64,000 nucleotides of DNA from Gammaproteobacteria bacterium (GTDB lineage Bacteria; Pseudomonadota; Gammaproteobacteria; Xanthomonadales; Xanthomonadaceae): positions 1,490 through 65,489 of the forward strand of contig JANPDF010000089.1 of NCBI GenBank assembly GCA_031431355.1, read 5' to 3'. Of this stretch, positions 28,888 to 38,322 are shown one piece after another. Made by a program: the position numbers and the translations under genes. The notes under the pieces are model-generated. The model was not told where the DNA came from. It did no database searches and worked only from the letters and a program-made list of their open reading frames with translations. The stretch's first letter is position 1. Each line of letters opens with the position of its first letter.

Positions 28888-30002
28888 AAGTCGCGCGCCC
28901 TGGCTTCGGGATTGGTTGCGAATACGGTGATTTCCTCGCGATCGTGGTAGAGCTGGCGTGCCCGCACGGTCAGTGGCTTGCCGGCGTTCTCGGCGAACGC
29001 GGCCAGGCACAGCCGGGTTTCCTCCCAGCGTTTCTTCATCGGCAGCTTGAGGTTGAAGATCGCGTGCTCGCACCAGCCATGGGCAAACCATTCGGCCATG
29101 CGCTGCGCGACCTTGCGCGGCGATTCGACCATGTCGCAAACCAGCCAGTCCTGCGGCTTCGGCGGTTTCCAGCTGAAGCCATCGGCGCGCACGTGTTCGA
29201 CGATGCCGGTCGCCATGGCTGCCTCCGACATCGGACCGTTGTCCACGGCCAGGACGCGGATGTGCTGTCGAGCCAGGATCCAGCTCCAGCCGCCAGGAGA
29301 GGCGCCCAGATCGGCCGCGCACATGCCCGGCTTGATCAGTCGCGTCCGTTCCTCGGCCGTAACCAGTGTCAGCAAGGCTTCCTCGAGCTTGAGCGCAGAT
29401 CGGCTCGGCGCTTCGGACAGCTGCCGCAGACGCGGCACGCCGAGCGGCCAGGGCGAACTGTCGCGGACATCGCTGGCGCCGAGCAAGGCATGGTCGCCGG
29501 CGAGGAAACAGACATGCAGGCGCGGTAACCGCGGGTCCTCGCGCTCGGTGAGCAGGCCGCGCTTGCGCAGGGCAGGACGCAAGGCATTGGCGAAGGAGCG
29601 GGCAAGCCCGGCCAGCTGCTTGGCTTCATCCGAATCGGGGTGCTCTACCCATAAGTCGCCGTAGCGACCCTTGCCTGCGAGCGCATCGAACATCGGCGCG
29701 ATCCGATCCTTGCCATCAAGGCCATCGAGGTCGGCGATCAGCCGGAGCTTCTGGCGGGCAAAGATGAGTTCGCTGAGCGGCAGGGCGGCGGTCAGGGCGA
29801 CGCCGTCGGCGCCGAGGTATTCCACGTAGCCGGCATGGCGCTGGGTGCGTGCATAGCCAGCGAACCCTGCCAGCGCGGCGCGCTCGCTCAACTCGGCGGC
29901 CAACTCCGGCTCGAAGCCCGGCCGGCAATACGCAAGCAGTCCGTCACTCGCGTTATCGGCAGCCGGTAAGGTTGGCTCAGTAGACAATGCCGCTCTCCCC
30001 AT
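28884..30002 (-). CDS. rlmM: 23S rRNA (cytidine2498-2'-O)-methyltransferase RlmM
   Basis: 'CRPGFE' N-terminal domain and SAM motif 'DLGASPGGWS'. Collinear with E. coli RlmM as recalled. An alternative TTG start is at 29987. Confidence 0.9.
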   Translation of the reverse strand: MGRAALSTEPTLPAADNASDGLLAYCRPGFEPELAAELSERAALAGFAGYARTQRHAGYVEYLGADGVALTAALPLSELIFARQKLRLIADLDGLDGKDRIAPMFDALAGKGRYGDLWVEHPDSDEAKQLAGLARSFANALRPALRKRGLLTEREDPRLPRLHVCFLAGDHALLGASDVRDSSPWPLGVPRLRQLSEAPSRSALKLEEALLTLVTAEERTRLIKPGMCAADLGASPGGWSWILARQHIRVLAVDNGPMSEAAMATGIVEHVRADGFSWKPPKPQDWLVCDMVESPRKVAQRMAEWFAHGWCEHAIFNLKLPMKKRWEETRLCLAAFAENAGKPLTVRARQLYHDREEITVFATNPEARARDL

Positions 30003-30534
30003 ACTCGCGCAGTACGTCGCGCGCGTGGTCGCGCATCAGGTCTCGCTGGACGCTGACGCCGCGTTTGCCAAGCTCCGCAACCCAATCCTCGGGAAGTGGC
30101 CCTTCGTCGAAACCGGCCAGCGACTCCACGTCTTCGGCGCGCGCGCCGACCAGCAGTTCATCGATGCCGGCCCACAACAATGCGCCGAAACACATTGAGC
30201 AAGGTTGCGATGAGCTGGCCAGCGTGAAACGCTCACCGGAGTCGTTCAGGCGATAGCGTTGCACCCGTTGCTGGCTGGTGGCCAGGGCCATCACTTCGGC
30301 ATGTGCGGCCGAACACTGGGACGGCACGACGCGATTGACGCCAATGCCCACCAGCCGACCGGCGTCGTTGAACACCGCCGCACCAAATGGACCACCGCTA
30401 CGGTGGTGCAGGTTGAGCCGCGACAGGTCGATCGCCAATGCGATCCGGCTCGCCGGATCCGGGTAGATTCGGGCCGGATCCACTTCGTCGTGGACCCAGG
30501 CCGGCAAGGTCAGGTGCAGTTGGGCGTAGAGCAT
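29977..30534 (-). CDS. CDA-fold nucleoside/nucleotide deaminase (TadA/guanine-deaminase-like)
   Basis: 185 aa with zinc motifs 'HAEVMAL' and 'PCSMCFGAL'. ATGA overlap with the upstream lipoprotein gene. Confidence 0.85.
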   Translation of the reverse strand: MLYAQLHLTLPAWVHDEVDPARIYPDPASRIALAIDLSRLNLHHRSGGPFGAAVFNDAGRLVGIGVNRVVPSQCSAAHAEVMALATSQQRVQRYRLNDSGERFTLASSSQPCSMCFGALLWAGIDELLVGARAEDVESLAGFDEGPLPEDWVAELGKRGVSVQRDLMRDHARDVLREYGESGIVY

Positions 30535-31043
30535 CACTGCACCAGGGTCCCGCCCGTGGACGCCGATGCTGCACATTGGCCAGCCACGCATTCGCAACTG
30601 GCGATATCCTGAAAGCCGCAAATGCCGGCGCGACCGTCCTTCGCGCATTGCGCCTTGACCTGCTCGGGGAATGTCTGCGCGTCCTTGCTGAGGCAGCGCG
30701 GCTGGTAGCCGCAGCAGCTTCCGACGTCCTTCACCGCGCAGTCGGCACTGGTCTTGCAGCGAAGTTCGCTGCTGGCGCTTGTCGACGGTTCGTTATGCTC
30801 GTTTGGCTCGGTTGGTTTGCTCGACTCGGCGGGCTCGGCGGACAGCGCCGCCGCAGCAGGCGGCGCATCAGCGATCGGCGTGGTTGCCTCGGGCGCACGA
30901 GCGATTGCGGCCGCGGGAGTGCTTGCATCGCTCGTCGGGGAGGCTTCGGGCGCAGGTTCGGGCGCGCGCGCGCAGGCTGCGAGGATCGAAGCCGCCAGGA
31001 TCAGCCAGGCGATTCGGGCGAGTAATGGATTGCCTGTCTTCAT
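30534..31043 (-). CDS. Lipoprotein with Pro/Ala-rich linker and C-terminal 10-Cys domain, unknown function
   Basis: 'MKTGNPLLARIAWLILAASILAAC' (lipobox LAAC), a P/A/E-rich spacer, then 'CKTSADCAVKDVGSCCGYQPRCL...CAKDGRAGICGF...CECVAGQC'. Confidence 0.65.
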   Translation of the reverse strand: MKTGNPLLARIAWLILAASILAACARAPEPAPEASPTSDASTPAAAIARAPEATTPIADAPPAAAALSAEPAESSKPTEPNEHNEPSTSASSELRCKTSADCAVKDVGSCCGYQPRCLSKDAQTFPEQVKAQCAKDGRAGICGFQDIASCECVAGQCAASASTGGTLVQ

Positions 31044-31068
31044 CGACAACTCCTTGCGAGCTGCGCGT

Positions 31069-32808
31069 TCAACCAGCACCGGTGCGTGCCCAGACATCGC
31101 GCAGCGTTACCGTGCGATTGAAAACTGGCGCGTCCGGTCGATGGTCGCGGCGATCGGCAACGAAATAGCCAAGTCTTTCAAATTGGAAAATGTATTCGGG
31201 CGCGACGCCTGCGGCCAGCGGCTCGAGATAGCCGCGGACCACGCGCACCGAGTCGGGGTTGAGGTAATCGCGGTAGCTCTTGCCCTCGGCGTCGTTGTCC
31301 GGGTCCGGCACCACGAACAACCGGTCGTAAAGCCGGACTTCCGCCGCGACACTGTGTCGGGCACTGACCCAGTGGATGGTTCCCTTGATCTTGCGATCGG
31401 CGCCGGGCATGCCTGCGCGCGATGTCGGGTCCAGCGTGCCGCGCAATTCGACGATGCGGGCCCCGTCCTTGACCACCTCGTCGCAGCGAACGATGCCGAC
31501 GCCGCGAAGGCGAACTTCGCCGCCGGGAACCAGCCGGTGGAAGCCCTTGGTGGGGACTTCCATGAAGTCGTCCTGCTCGATCCATAGCTCGCGGGAGAAC
31601 GGAAGCGAACGCGTGCCCTGCGCTGCGTCCTTCGGGTGGTTCGGGAAATCCAGCGTTTCCTGGTGTGCTTCCGGCAGGTTCGCGATCACCAGTTTCAGTG
31701 GATCCATCACCGCCATCCGGCGCGAGGCCTTGCCGTCCAGGTCTTCGCGCACACAGCCTTCGAGCACCGAGAAATCGGTCAGCGAGTTCTGCTTGGAAAT
31801 GCCGATGCGGTCGGCGAGCAGGCGCAAGGCGGCTGGCGTGTAGCCGCGGCGACGCAGACCCTGCAGTGTCGGCATGCGCGGATCATCCCAGCCCGACACC
31901 AAGCCTTCCTGCACCAGCGCCATCAGCTTGCGTTTGCTCATCACCGTGTAATTGATGTTCAGCCGCGAGAACTCGATCTGCCGCGGCCGCGACACTGGTG
32001 TCTTCAGCCCGGCATCGACCAGTGGCTGCCAGAGCTCCGGGTGCACAGTCAGGTCGATGTTGTCGATGCACCAGTCGTAAAGTGGCCGGTGGTCCTCAAA
32101 CTCCAGCGTACACAGCGAGTGGGTTATTCCCTCGACCGCGTCGGAGATGCAATGCGCGTAGTCGTACATCGGGTAGATCGGCCAGGCATCGCCGGTGTTC
32201 TGGTGGGCGACATGGCGAATGCGGTAGATCGCCGGGTCGCGCAGGTTCATGTTGCCGCTGGCCATGTCAATCCGCGCGCGCAGCGTCCGCGCGCCATCGG
32301 GGAATTCCCCGGCGCGCATGCGCTGGAACAGGTCGAGGTTTTCGGCGACGCTGCGTTCGCGGAACGGGGAAGCCCGGCCCGGCTCGGTCAGCGTGCCGCG
32401 ATATTCGCGCACCTGGTCCGGGCTCAGGTCGCAAACGTAGGCCTTGCCGTTCTCGATGAGCTTCAGGGCGGAGCGGTAGAACACCTCGAAGTAATCCGAT
32501 GCGTGGCGCAACTCCGCCCACTGGAAACCCAGCCAGCGGACGTCGTCCTTGATCGCTTCCACGTACTCGGGATCCTCGCGGCTCGGATTGGTGTCGTCGA
32601 AGCGCAGGTTGCAGATGCCGGCGAACTCACCGGCGATGCCAAAGTTCAGGCAGATGCTCTTGGCATGGCCGATGTGCAGGTAACCGTTCGGCTCCGGCGG
32701 AAACCGGGTCCGCACCAGGGCGTGCTTGCCGGCCGCGATGTCATCGCGGACGATCTGCCTGATGAAGTCCTGCTTCTCGGCTGGAGCCTGGTCGCGATTC
32801 TCGTTCAT
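31069..32808 (-). CDS. glnS: Glutamine--tRNA ligase GlnS
   Basis: 579 aa. HIGH motif '[14 protein letters not shown]' and KMSKS variant 'VMSKR'. Confidence 0.97.
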   Translation of the reverse strand: MNENRDQAPAEKQDFIRQIVRDDIAAGKHALVRTRFPPEPNGYLHIGHAKSICLNFGIAGEFAGICNLRFDDTNPSREDPEYVEAIKDDVRWLGFQWAELRHASDYFEVFYRSALKLIENGKAYVCDLSPDQVREYRGTLTEPGRASPFRERSVAENLDLFQRMRAGEFPDGARTLRARIDMASGNMNLRDPAIYRIRHVAHQNTGDAWPIYPMYDYAHCISDAVEGITHSLCTLEFEDHRPLYDWCIDNIDLTVHPELWQPLVDAGLKTPVSRPRQIEFSRLNINYTVMSKRKLMALVQEGLVSGWDDPRMPTLQGLRRRGYTPAALRLLADRIGISKQNSLTDFSVLEGCVREDLDGKASRRMAVMDPLKLVIANLPEAHQETLDFPNHPKDAAQGTRSLPFSRELWIEQDDFMEVPTKGFHRLVPGGEVRLRGVGIVRCDEVVKDGARIVELRGTLDPTSRAGMPGADRKIKGTIHWVSARHSVAAEVRLYDRLFVVPDPDNDAEGKSYRDYLNPDSVRVVRGYLEPLAAGVAPEYIFQFERLGYFVADRRDHRPDAPVFNRTVTLRDVWARTGAG

Positions 32809-32922
32809 TCGGCCTGGCGACTCGGTTCTGGGCGGAGGGCAAGTTTAACCGAGCCGGCCGGGCGTCATATGACGAGCCACTGATTTGCGGCACACTGGCA
32901 CGAGGCGTAACGGAGTCCGACG

Positions 32923-35124
32923 GTGAGTTCAACAAGCTGGATCAGGATCTTGAACGTCGGGCTGCTGTCGATGCTGCTGGGCATCGCGTCGCCGGCCGCG
33001 GTTGCCGCAGTGCAAGTGGCGGACATGCGACTGGCGATCGCCGAGACCGATCACGGTGTCGAGTTTGCCGAAATTGCCAGCGGTCAGGCGCGCGTCGGCT
33101 TCAACCCGCTGGTCGGCCAGGGCCTGACCCTCGTAGCGCCGCAGGGCAAGACCTTGTGGCTTCGGCTCAGGATGGATCTGCCCGAGGACGGTGCCCGCCG
33201 CTACATCAGCCTGTCCCGGCAGGCGATCGATCACGTCCATCTGTACTCTGGCCCGTCGCTTGACCGCCCTGGCGCCAATGGCGGGATCGCCAGTAGCGCC
33301 GTCGATCCTGCTGCGCGCGAACGCTGGCCCGACGCATTCCTGCTGCCGGTACCGGCCGATGCGGTCGGTGCCAGCACGCTGTATCTGCAGGTGCAGGGCA
33401 AGGGGACCCTGAACCTGCAGCCAAGGCTGGTTGCGGCGGAGCAGGCGGAGGCAGGTGCCAAGTCCGCGAGCCGCAGTTACAACCTGCTCTACGGTTCGCT
33501 GCTGCTGGTCGCCCTGTTGTCGATCATTCGCCGGTTGATGGGCAGGGAATCCTCGCTTCGCCTGGCCCAGGCGGCGTTGGCCGGCCTGGCCGCGAGCATG
33601 GCCGACAACCACCATCTCCCGGTCGGCATCGTTGGCGGGGCCATCGCCGAAAATGGCAACCTGCCGGTTTCGCTCTGGATCCTCGCTTGCGCCACGCTGC
33701 TTCGGGCCAGCGCCCAGTATGCGGGCCTGGAGAAGATCAGCCCCGGCGTCGCCGTGGCGCTCGACCGCCTCGCCTTGTTCTTCCTTGTGCTCGCCGCTGG
33801 CGCGATGTTCGTCCCGTCGGAGTTCCTGCCGCAACTACAGCTTGTCGGCTTCTGCCTGCTGGCTGCCACGGCGCTGATGTGTGGATCGTCGCTATTGCTC
33901 GATCCCAGGCATTGGCGTTGGACGCCACTGATAGTGTGGCTGGGCATGCTGCCCGCGCTTCTGGCCATCCCGATGTCCATGGCGCAACTGATCCCCGACA
34001 GCATGCTCGTTCGCCGCGGATTCCAGTTGTTGCTCGGACTCCAGTTGCTCGTCTACCTGTCGTTGCCGTGGATTCGCCAGGCCTTGCAGGAGCGGGAGAA
34101 GGTGAAGCGCGCGGTGGTTGTCGAGCCGAGCGCGGAAGAGAAGATCGCGCAGGCCCGTGAAATGGTCGTCTCGAGCCTACAGGCAGGCATCGAAAGCGCG
34201 GCGCGTGGCGACATGGAATGGATTGCCTACCGGCGGCTGATGGCTGGCCTGAAGCCGGTCCTGCCGCAGACCGCGGCAGCCGTGGTCGCCATGAACTATC
34301 ACAATGAGGACCTGCTGCTGGTTGAGCCCAAGGATGCCGAGCCGCGTTTTCGCATGCTGCTCAGCCAGCGCGGCTCCCTGATGAAAAACCTGAGCCGCTC
34401 CTTGGCGCCGCAACAGATCATCATCGATTTCGACGGTCCAGAAGGCCCGCTCGAGCAGGTCATGCTCGCCATCATTCCCCTGCCAATCGACCGGCCCGGC
34501 TGGGGCGCATTGATCATCGAGCGCGATGCCGAAGCCACCTATAGCGACGAAGAACTGGATTTGTGCGCCGAGTTTGCGGCGCTGGCGACTACCGCGGCCG
34601 ATGAGGCAGCGCTGGTGTTGCAGATGCGCCATGGCAAGGAAATCGACGGGGACTCAGGCGCCTTCAAGGCTGAGATGATCGAGCAACTGCTACGCAAGGC
34701 GCACGATCACTCAGTGCAGAAGCGCATTCCACTGTCCGTGCTGCGTATCGGCATGGATGATTTTGGCGAGCTTCCGGCCGCCGTCGGCGGCAACCTTGCC
34801 CGCCAGGTCGCTGATGCCATCCGCGAGGAAACCGACTACGGCGAAACCATCGGGCGGCAGTCGCCGGACGAATTCCTGGTGCTGCTCGCCGGCCGTGCGA
34901 TTGGCGACGCCCGCTTGCTGGCCGAGCGAATCTGCAAGCAGGTGCGCGACCAGGCGCTGCCCACCCATGAAGGTGCGATCCTGTCGCTGAGCGTCGGTGC
35001 CTCGCAGCTGCTTCCCGGCGAGCGGACGCCGCAACTCATGCTCGACCGTGCGCAGAAAGCGCTGGCCAAGGCGCGCGTGTATGGCGGCGACCAGGTGCAG
35101 GCGATCGCGGGTGGGGTAACCTAG
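32923..35124 (+). CDS. 7TMR-DISM-type membrane receptor with C-terminal degenerate GGDEF domain (signature SPDEF)
   Basis: Signal/TM, a periplasmic ~150-aa domain, seven predicted TM helices, a cytoplasmic linker, then a GGDEF-fold domain ('LRIGMDDFGEL...IGRQSPDEFLVLLAG...SLSVGAS'). Confidence 0.85.
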   Translation: MSSTSWIRILNVGLLSMLLGIASPAAVAAVQVADMRLAIAETDHGVEFAEIASGQARVGFNPLVGQGLTLVAPQGKTLWLRLRMDLPEDGARRYISLSRQAIDHVHLYSGPSLDRPGANGGIASSAVDPAARERWPDAFLLPVPADAVGASTLYLQVQGKGTLNLQPRLVAAEQAEAGAKSASRSYNLLYGSLLLVALLSIIRRLMGRESSLRLAQAALAGLAASMADNHHLPVGIVGGAIAENGNLPVSLWILACATLLRASAQYAGLEKISPGVAVALDRLALFFLVLAAGAMFVPSEFLPQLQLVGFCLLAATALMCGSSLLLDPRHWRWTPLIVWLGMLPALLAIPMSMAQLIPDSMLVRRGFQLLLGLQLLVYLSLPWIRQALQEREKVKRAVVVEPSAEEKIAQAREMVVSSLQAGIESAARGDMEWIAYRRLMAGLKPVLPQTAAAVVAMNYHNEDLLLVEPKDAEPRFRMLLSQRGSLMKNLSRSLAPQQIIIDFDGPEGPLEQVMLAIIPLPIDRPGWGALIIERDAEATYSDEELDLCAEFAALATTAADEAALVLQMRHGKEIDGDSGAFKAEMIEQLLRKAHDHSVQKRIPLSVLRIGMDDFGELPAAVGGNLARQVADAIREETDYGETIGRQSPDEFLVLLAGRAIGDARLLAERICKQVRDQALPTHEGAILSLSVGASQLLPGERTPQLMLDRAQKALAKARVYGGDQVQAIAGGVT

Positions 35125-35164
35125 GCGCGGTTCCGATTGCCTCTGGCGCGGCTGTCGAAAGCCT

Positions 35165-35809
35165 TCAGCGCCTGTCTATCGAGCAAACCAGTACCAGCTC
35201 ACAGGCGCCCGGGCCGCTGTCCTCGCGGCTGAGCGAACTCTGCCAGCGCCAGCCGTTGTCGCCCTCGATGCGCACCAGCCAGCCGCGAATGCGCACGATG
35301 TCGTCGGCGTCCACGGACGACAATGCCCTGGCCACGTCGCGATCAACCGGAACCATGTGCATGTTGGCGCTGTGGCGGACGATGTCGCCCAGCGCCATGG
35401 GCGGACCCTCGCTACCCCAGCCGTAGCGGTACCAGCGCCCGCCCTGGTGGACGTTCAGGCGCCTTGCCAGTCCTGGCTCGCTCATCGGACCCCAGCCGAG
35501 GGCGAGGTCGGTCGGCGAATAGTCGGCTTCGCGGCCCAATGAGTAGTTCTCGCGTGACAGGACCCGCGCCTGCACGCTGAATCCAGCCAACGGGAAGATG
35601 GTTGCCTCGCCCATGCGGAACGGGGATAGCCGGCCACCGACATCGGATTGCTGGGCTTGCATGCCCTCGGGCGCAAGCAGCGGCGCGCGGCACACGGTCA
35701 TTGCCGGATTGCCATCCAGGCTGGCAGCCATGGGCGCCGAACTGCGGTGGCCGGCCCACCAGAGCGCCGCGGTGAGTGCAATCAGCACTGCGTAGAGCCA
35801 GCGAGGCAT
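35165..35809 (-). CDS. Membrane-anchored/exported protein of unknown function
   Basis: 214 aa with N-terminal TM helix 'WLYAVLIALTAALWWAG'. High third-position GC. The start lies 4 nt after the DUF3501 stop. The C-terminus is 'SREDSGPGACELVLVCSIDRR'. Confidence 0.6.
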   Translation of the reverse strand: MPRWLYAVLIALTAALWWAGHRSSAPMAASLDGNPAMTVCRAPLLAPEGMQAQQSDVGGRLSPFRMGEATIFPLAGFSVQARVLSRENYSLGREADYSPTDLALGWGPMSEPGLARRLNVHQGGRWYRYGWGSEGPPMALGDIVRHSANMHMVPVDRDVARALSSVDADDIVRIRGWLVRIEGDNGWRWQSSLSREDSGPGACELVLVCSIDRR

Positions 35810-35813
35810 CTGA

Positions 35814-36416
35814 TCAGTCGCTGAAGTCGCAAAGCAGGGCTGTCCGCGTCGCAGCGGAAACCTGCATGCGTTCCGGAAGTCGCGGATCGTCGATCCCGAA
35901 GCTCAGCCCGGCGCCGTTGCGCAACGCGGCGAGATCGTCGGCCGCGAATTCGAAACGAAGGAAATGTACCGCGGACGTCTTCGCGTCCGCGCTACGTTCC
36001 ATGTCTTCGTCGGCGTGGGCAAATAGTCGCGGCCGGCCGTCGACTTCGGCGTACGCACGGTGTTCGATGCCGCCCAGTTGCGCCAGCCGCTGCAGGCGGA
36101 CTTCCGGATCCGGAAACTCGAACAGCATCGTCGCCTTGAGGTTGCTGCCATCGGGCACCAGCGGGTTGTAGGCGTCGATTTCATCCTGGATGGCATCGGC
36201 TTCGAAGATGCGTTCGATGCGCAGCATCTCCTGGACCTGGTACTGGACGGTCAGCCGGTCCTCGAAGAGCAGGCTGGCGTGGTCGCCGAGCGCGACGTTG
36301 CGCGCCTTCTTGTGCGCGATCACGCGGGCCCGGAACGCGCTCCGCTCCTCCGCGTAACGCTCCAGGGACAGAATGTCGGAACGGGTCAGCTTGTCCATGG
36401 CTCCGATCATATTCAC
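35814..36416 (-). CDS. DUF3501-family protein
   Basis: 200 aa with 'SLLFEDRLTVQYQVQEMLRIE', 'YNPLVPDG..L.ATM..E'. The family was recognised from memory. It lies 9 nt after the Fe-S protein gene. Alternative ATG starts are at 36410 and 36398. Confidence 0.75.
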   Translation of the reverse strand: MNMIGAMDKLTRSDILSLERYAEERSAFRARVIAHKKARNVALGDHASLLFEDRLTVQYQVQEMLRIERIFEADAIQDEIDAYNPLVPDGSNLKATMLFEFPDPEVRLQRLAQLGGIEHRAYAEVDGRPRLFAHADEDMERSADAKTSAVHFLRFEFAADDLAALRNGAGLSFGIDDPRLPERMQVSAATRTALLCDFSD

Positions 36417-36425
36417 AGGGTCCCC

Positions 36426-37751
36426 TCAAATGCCATACGCCTTCCGGAGCAGCGTTATCGGATGCTCTGCCTCGCGGCCATCGCCAAGTCCATGGGCGAT
36501 GTGTGCGCCCGCCATCACGCAATCGGAGGTGAAATGATCGGCCTGCGCCTGTGCGACCCGGCCTTCGACTGGCCTTGCGATCTTGCGGGAGTTGGCGTAA
36601 GTCGCCCGCTTGAGGCCATAGGTCCCGTCATGCCCCGAACACCGCTCGATGGTTACCACCTGAGTGCCCGGGACCAGGTTGAGTAAATCGCGCGTCTTCG
36701 GTCCGATGTTTTGGACGCGCTGGTGGCATGCGGCCTGCCAGGCGACCTTGCCCAGCGCGTTCTTGAAGTCGGTATTCATCAGCCCCGCAGCATTGCGCAG
36801 CATCAGGTACTCGAATGGATCGAAGAAGGCCCGCTTCACCCGCTGCAACTGCGCGTCACCGGGAAACATCAGCGGCAGTTCCTGCTTGAACATCAGCACG
36901 CAGGACGGAATCGGCGCAATCAGGTCCCAGCCAGACTCGACCGCCTCTATCAGGACCGGCAGGTTGGCCGATTTGTAGCGCTCCACCGTGTCCAGGTCGC
37001 CGAGTTCGAACTTGGGCATGCCGCAACACGATTCGCGCGACAGCAGCCGGACGGCGATGCCATTGTGCCCAAGCACTGCGACCAGGTCGTCGACCATGCG
37101 CGGATGGTTGTGGTCGCCGTAGCAGGTGATGAAGATCGCGACCTTGCCGGTGGTCGGCCCAGCCGGCGTGGCGACCGTGCCCTCATTCATGCTTGTCGAC
37201 AGGCGCTTGCGCGCCGTGGGTGAGTAATAGCGCGGCAACTGCGCGTCCCGATGCACATCCATCGTGCTTTCCAGGACCCCGCGCAGGGCAGGACTCCGGT
37301 TGGCGCGGTTGACGACTTCCACGATCACGGGAATCGACGCCAGTTTGCCGATTGCCCTCGTGTTCGACAGCAGTCGGGCCGAAACAGGCGTTTCACCGCG
37401 GCGATGTCGGTTCGCTTTGGCGCGCAGCATCAGGTGCGGGAAGTCGACGTTCCACGGATGCGGCGGAACGTAGGGGCACTTGGTCTGGTAGCACAGGTCG
37501 CACAGGTAACACTGCTCGACGACCCTGGAGTAGTCGCCGGTCGCTACGCCATCCACTTCCATGGTCGCCGAATTGTCGACCAGGTCGAACAGGGTGGGGA
37601 AGGCCTGGCACAGGCTGACGCAACGGCGGCAGCCGTGGCAAATGTCGAAGACCCTCGCCAGTTCGCGATCCAGCGCTGCCTGGTCCCAGAACTCCGCGCC
37701 CTTCCACTCCAGCGGGTGTCGTGTCGGAGCCTCGAGGCTGCCTTCGCGCAT
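36426..37751 (-). CDS. (Fe-S)-binding protein with two ferredoxin-type clusters and two CCG domains (HdrD/GlpC/LutA-like)
   Basis: 441 aa with 'CHGCRRCVSLC', 'CYLCDLCYQTKCP', 'FITCYG...SCCGMP...PSC', 'ACHQ...RCSGHDG...SDC'. It is the C-terminal part of a longer spurious ORF. Confidence 0.85.
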   Translation of the reverse strand: MREGSLEAPTRHPLEWKGAEFWDQAALDRELARVFDICHGCRRCVSLCQAFPTLFDLVDNSATMEVDGVATGDYSRVVEQCYLCDLCYQTKCPYVPPHPWNVDFPHLMLRAKANRHRRGETPVSARLLSNTRAIGKLASIPVIVEVVNRANRSPALRGVLESTMDVHRDAQLPRYYSPTARKRLSTSMNEGTVATPAGPTTGKVAIFITCYGDHNHPRMVDDLVAVLGHNGIAVRLLSRESCCGMPKFELGDLDTVERYKSANLPVLIEAVESGWDLIAPIPSCVLMFKQELPLMFPGDAQLQRVKRAFFDPFEYLMLRNAAGLMNTDFKNALGKVAWQAACHQRVQNIGPKTRDLLNLVPGTQVVTIERCSGHDGTYGLKRATYANSRKIARPVEGRVAQAQADHFTSDCVMAGAHIAHGLGDGREAEHPITLLRKAYGI

Positions 37752-37758
37752 CCGCTGG

Positions 37759-38178
37759 TCAGGCCGCCATTTCGGCCAACGCGCGGGTGAACCGGTTGGC
37801 GTGCGAACGCTCGGCCTTGGCCAGGGTTTCGAACCAGTCGGCGATTTCGTCGAAGCCCTCATCGCGCGCCGACTTCGCCATGCCCGGGTACATATCGCTG
37901 TACTCGTGCGTCTCGCCGGCAATGGCGCTCTTGAGGTTACTGGCCGTGTCGCCGAACGGCATTCCCGTTGCCGGGTCGCCAGTGGCTTCGAGATATTCCA
38001 GATGCCCGTGGGCGTGGCCGGTTTCGCCTTCCGCGGTCGAGCGGAAAACCGCGGCGACATCGTTATAGCCCTCGACGTCGGCCTTCTGCGCGAAGTAGAG
38101 GTAACGGCGGTTGGCCTGCGATTCGCCGGCGAACGCTGCTTTCAGGTTGCCTTCGGTGAGTGTGCCTTTCAGTGACAT
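37759..38178 (-). CDS. Rubrerythrin-family di-iron protein (no rubredoxin domain)
   Basis: 139 aa. SD 'GGGAGGA' precedes the ATG at 38178. 'AFAGESQANRRY', 'EGETGHAHGH', 'AGETHEY', 'AERSHANRF'. Confidence 0.9.
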   Translation of the reverse strand: MSLKGTLTEGNLKAAFAGESQANRRYLYFAQKADVEGYNDVAAVFRSTAEGETGHAHGHLEYLEATGDPATGMPFGDTASNLKSAIAGETHEYSDMYPGMAKSARDEGFDEIADWFETLAKAERSHANRFTRALAEMAA

Positions 38179-38322
38179 TTGAATCCTCCCGCTAGTTTCG
38201 AAATGTGGCTGTTGCTTGGGCCCCGGAGCTTCGGGACTGCCCGAGCATAGTCCGCTTGTCGGCCAAGGAGAAATCAATCGTTCCGATGGCCTCCACACGC
38301 CGCGGGGCCAAATCCCGGCTGC

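Noticed and set aside
38179-38322. Looked for a second OxyR tetrad between oxyR and rubrerythrin.
   Set aside because: Only isolated ATAG/CTAG words occur, without the N7 spacing pattern. I cannot support a site from sequence alone.
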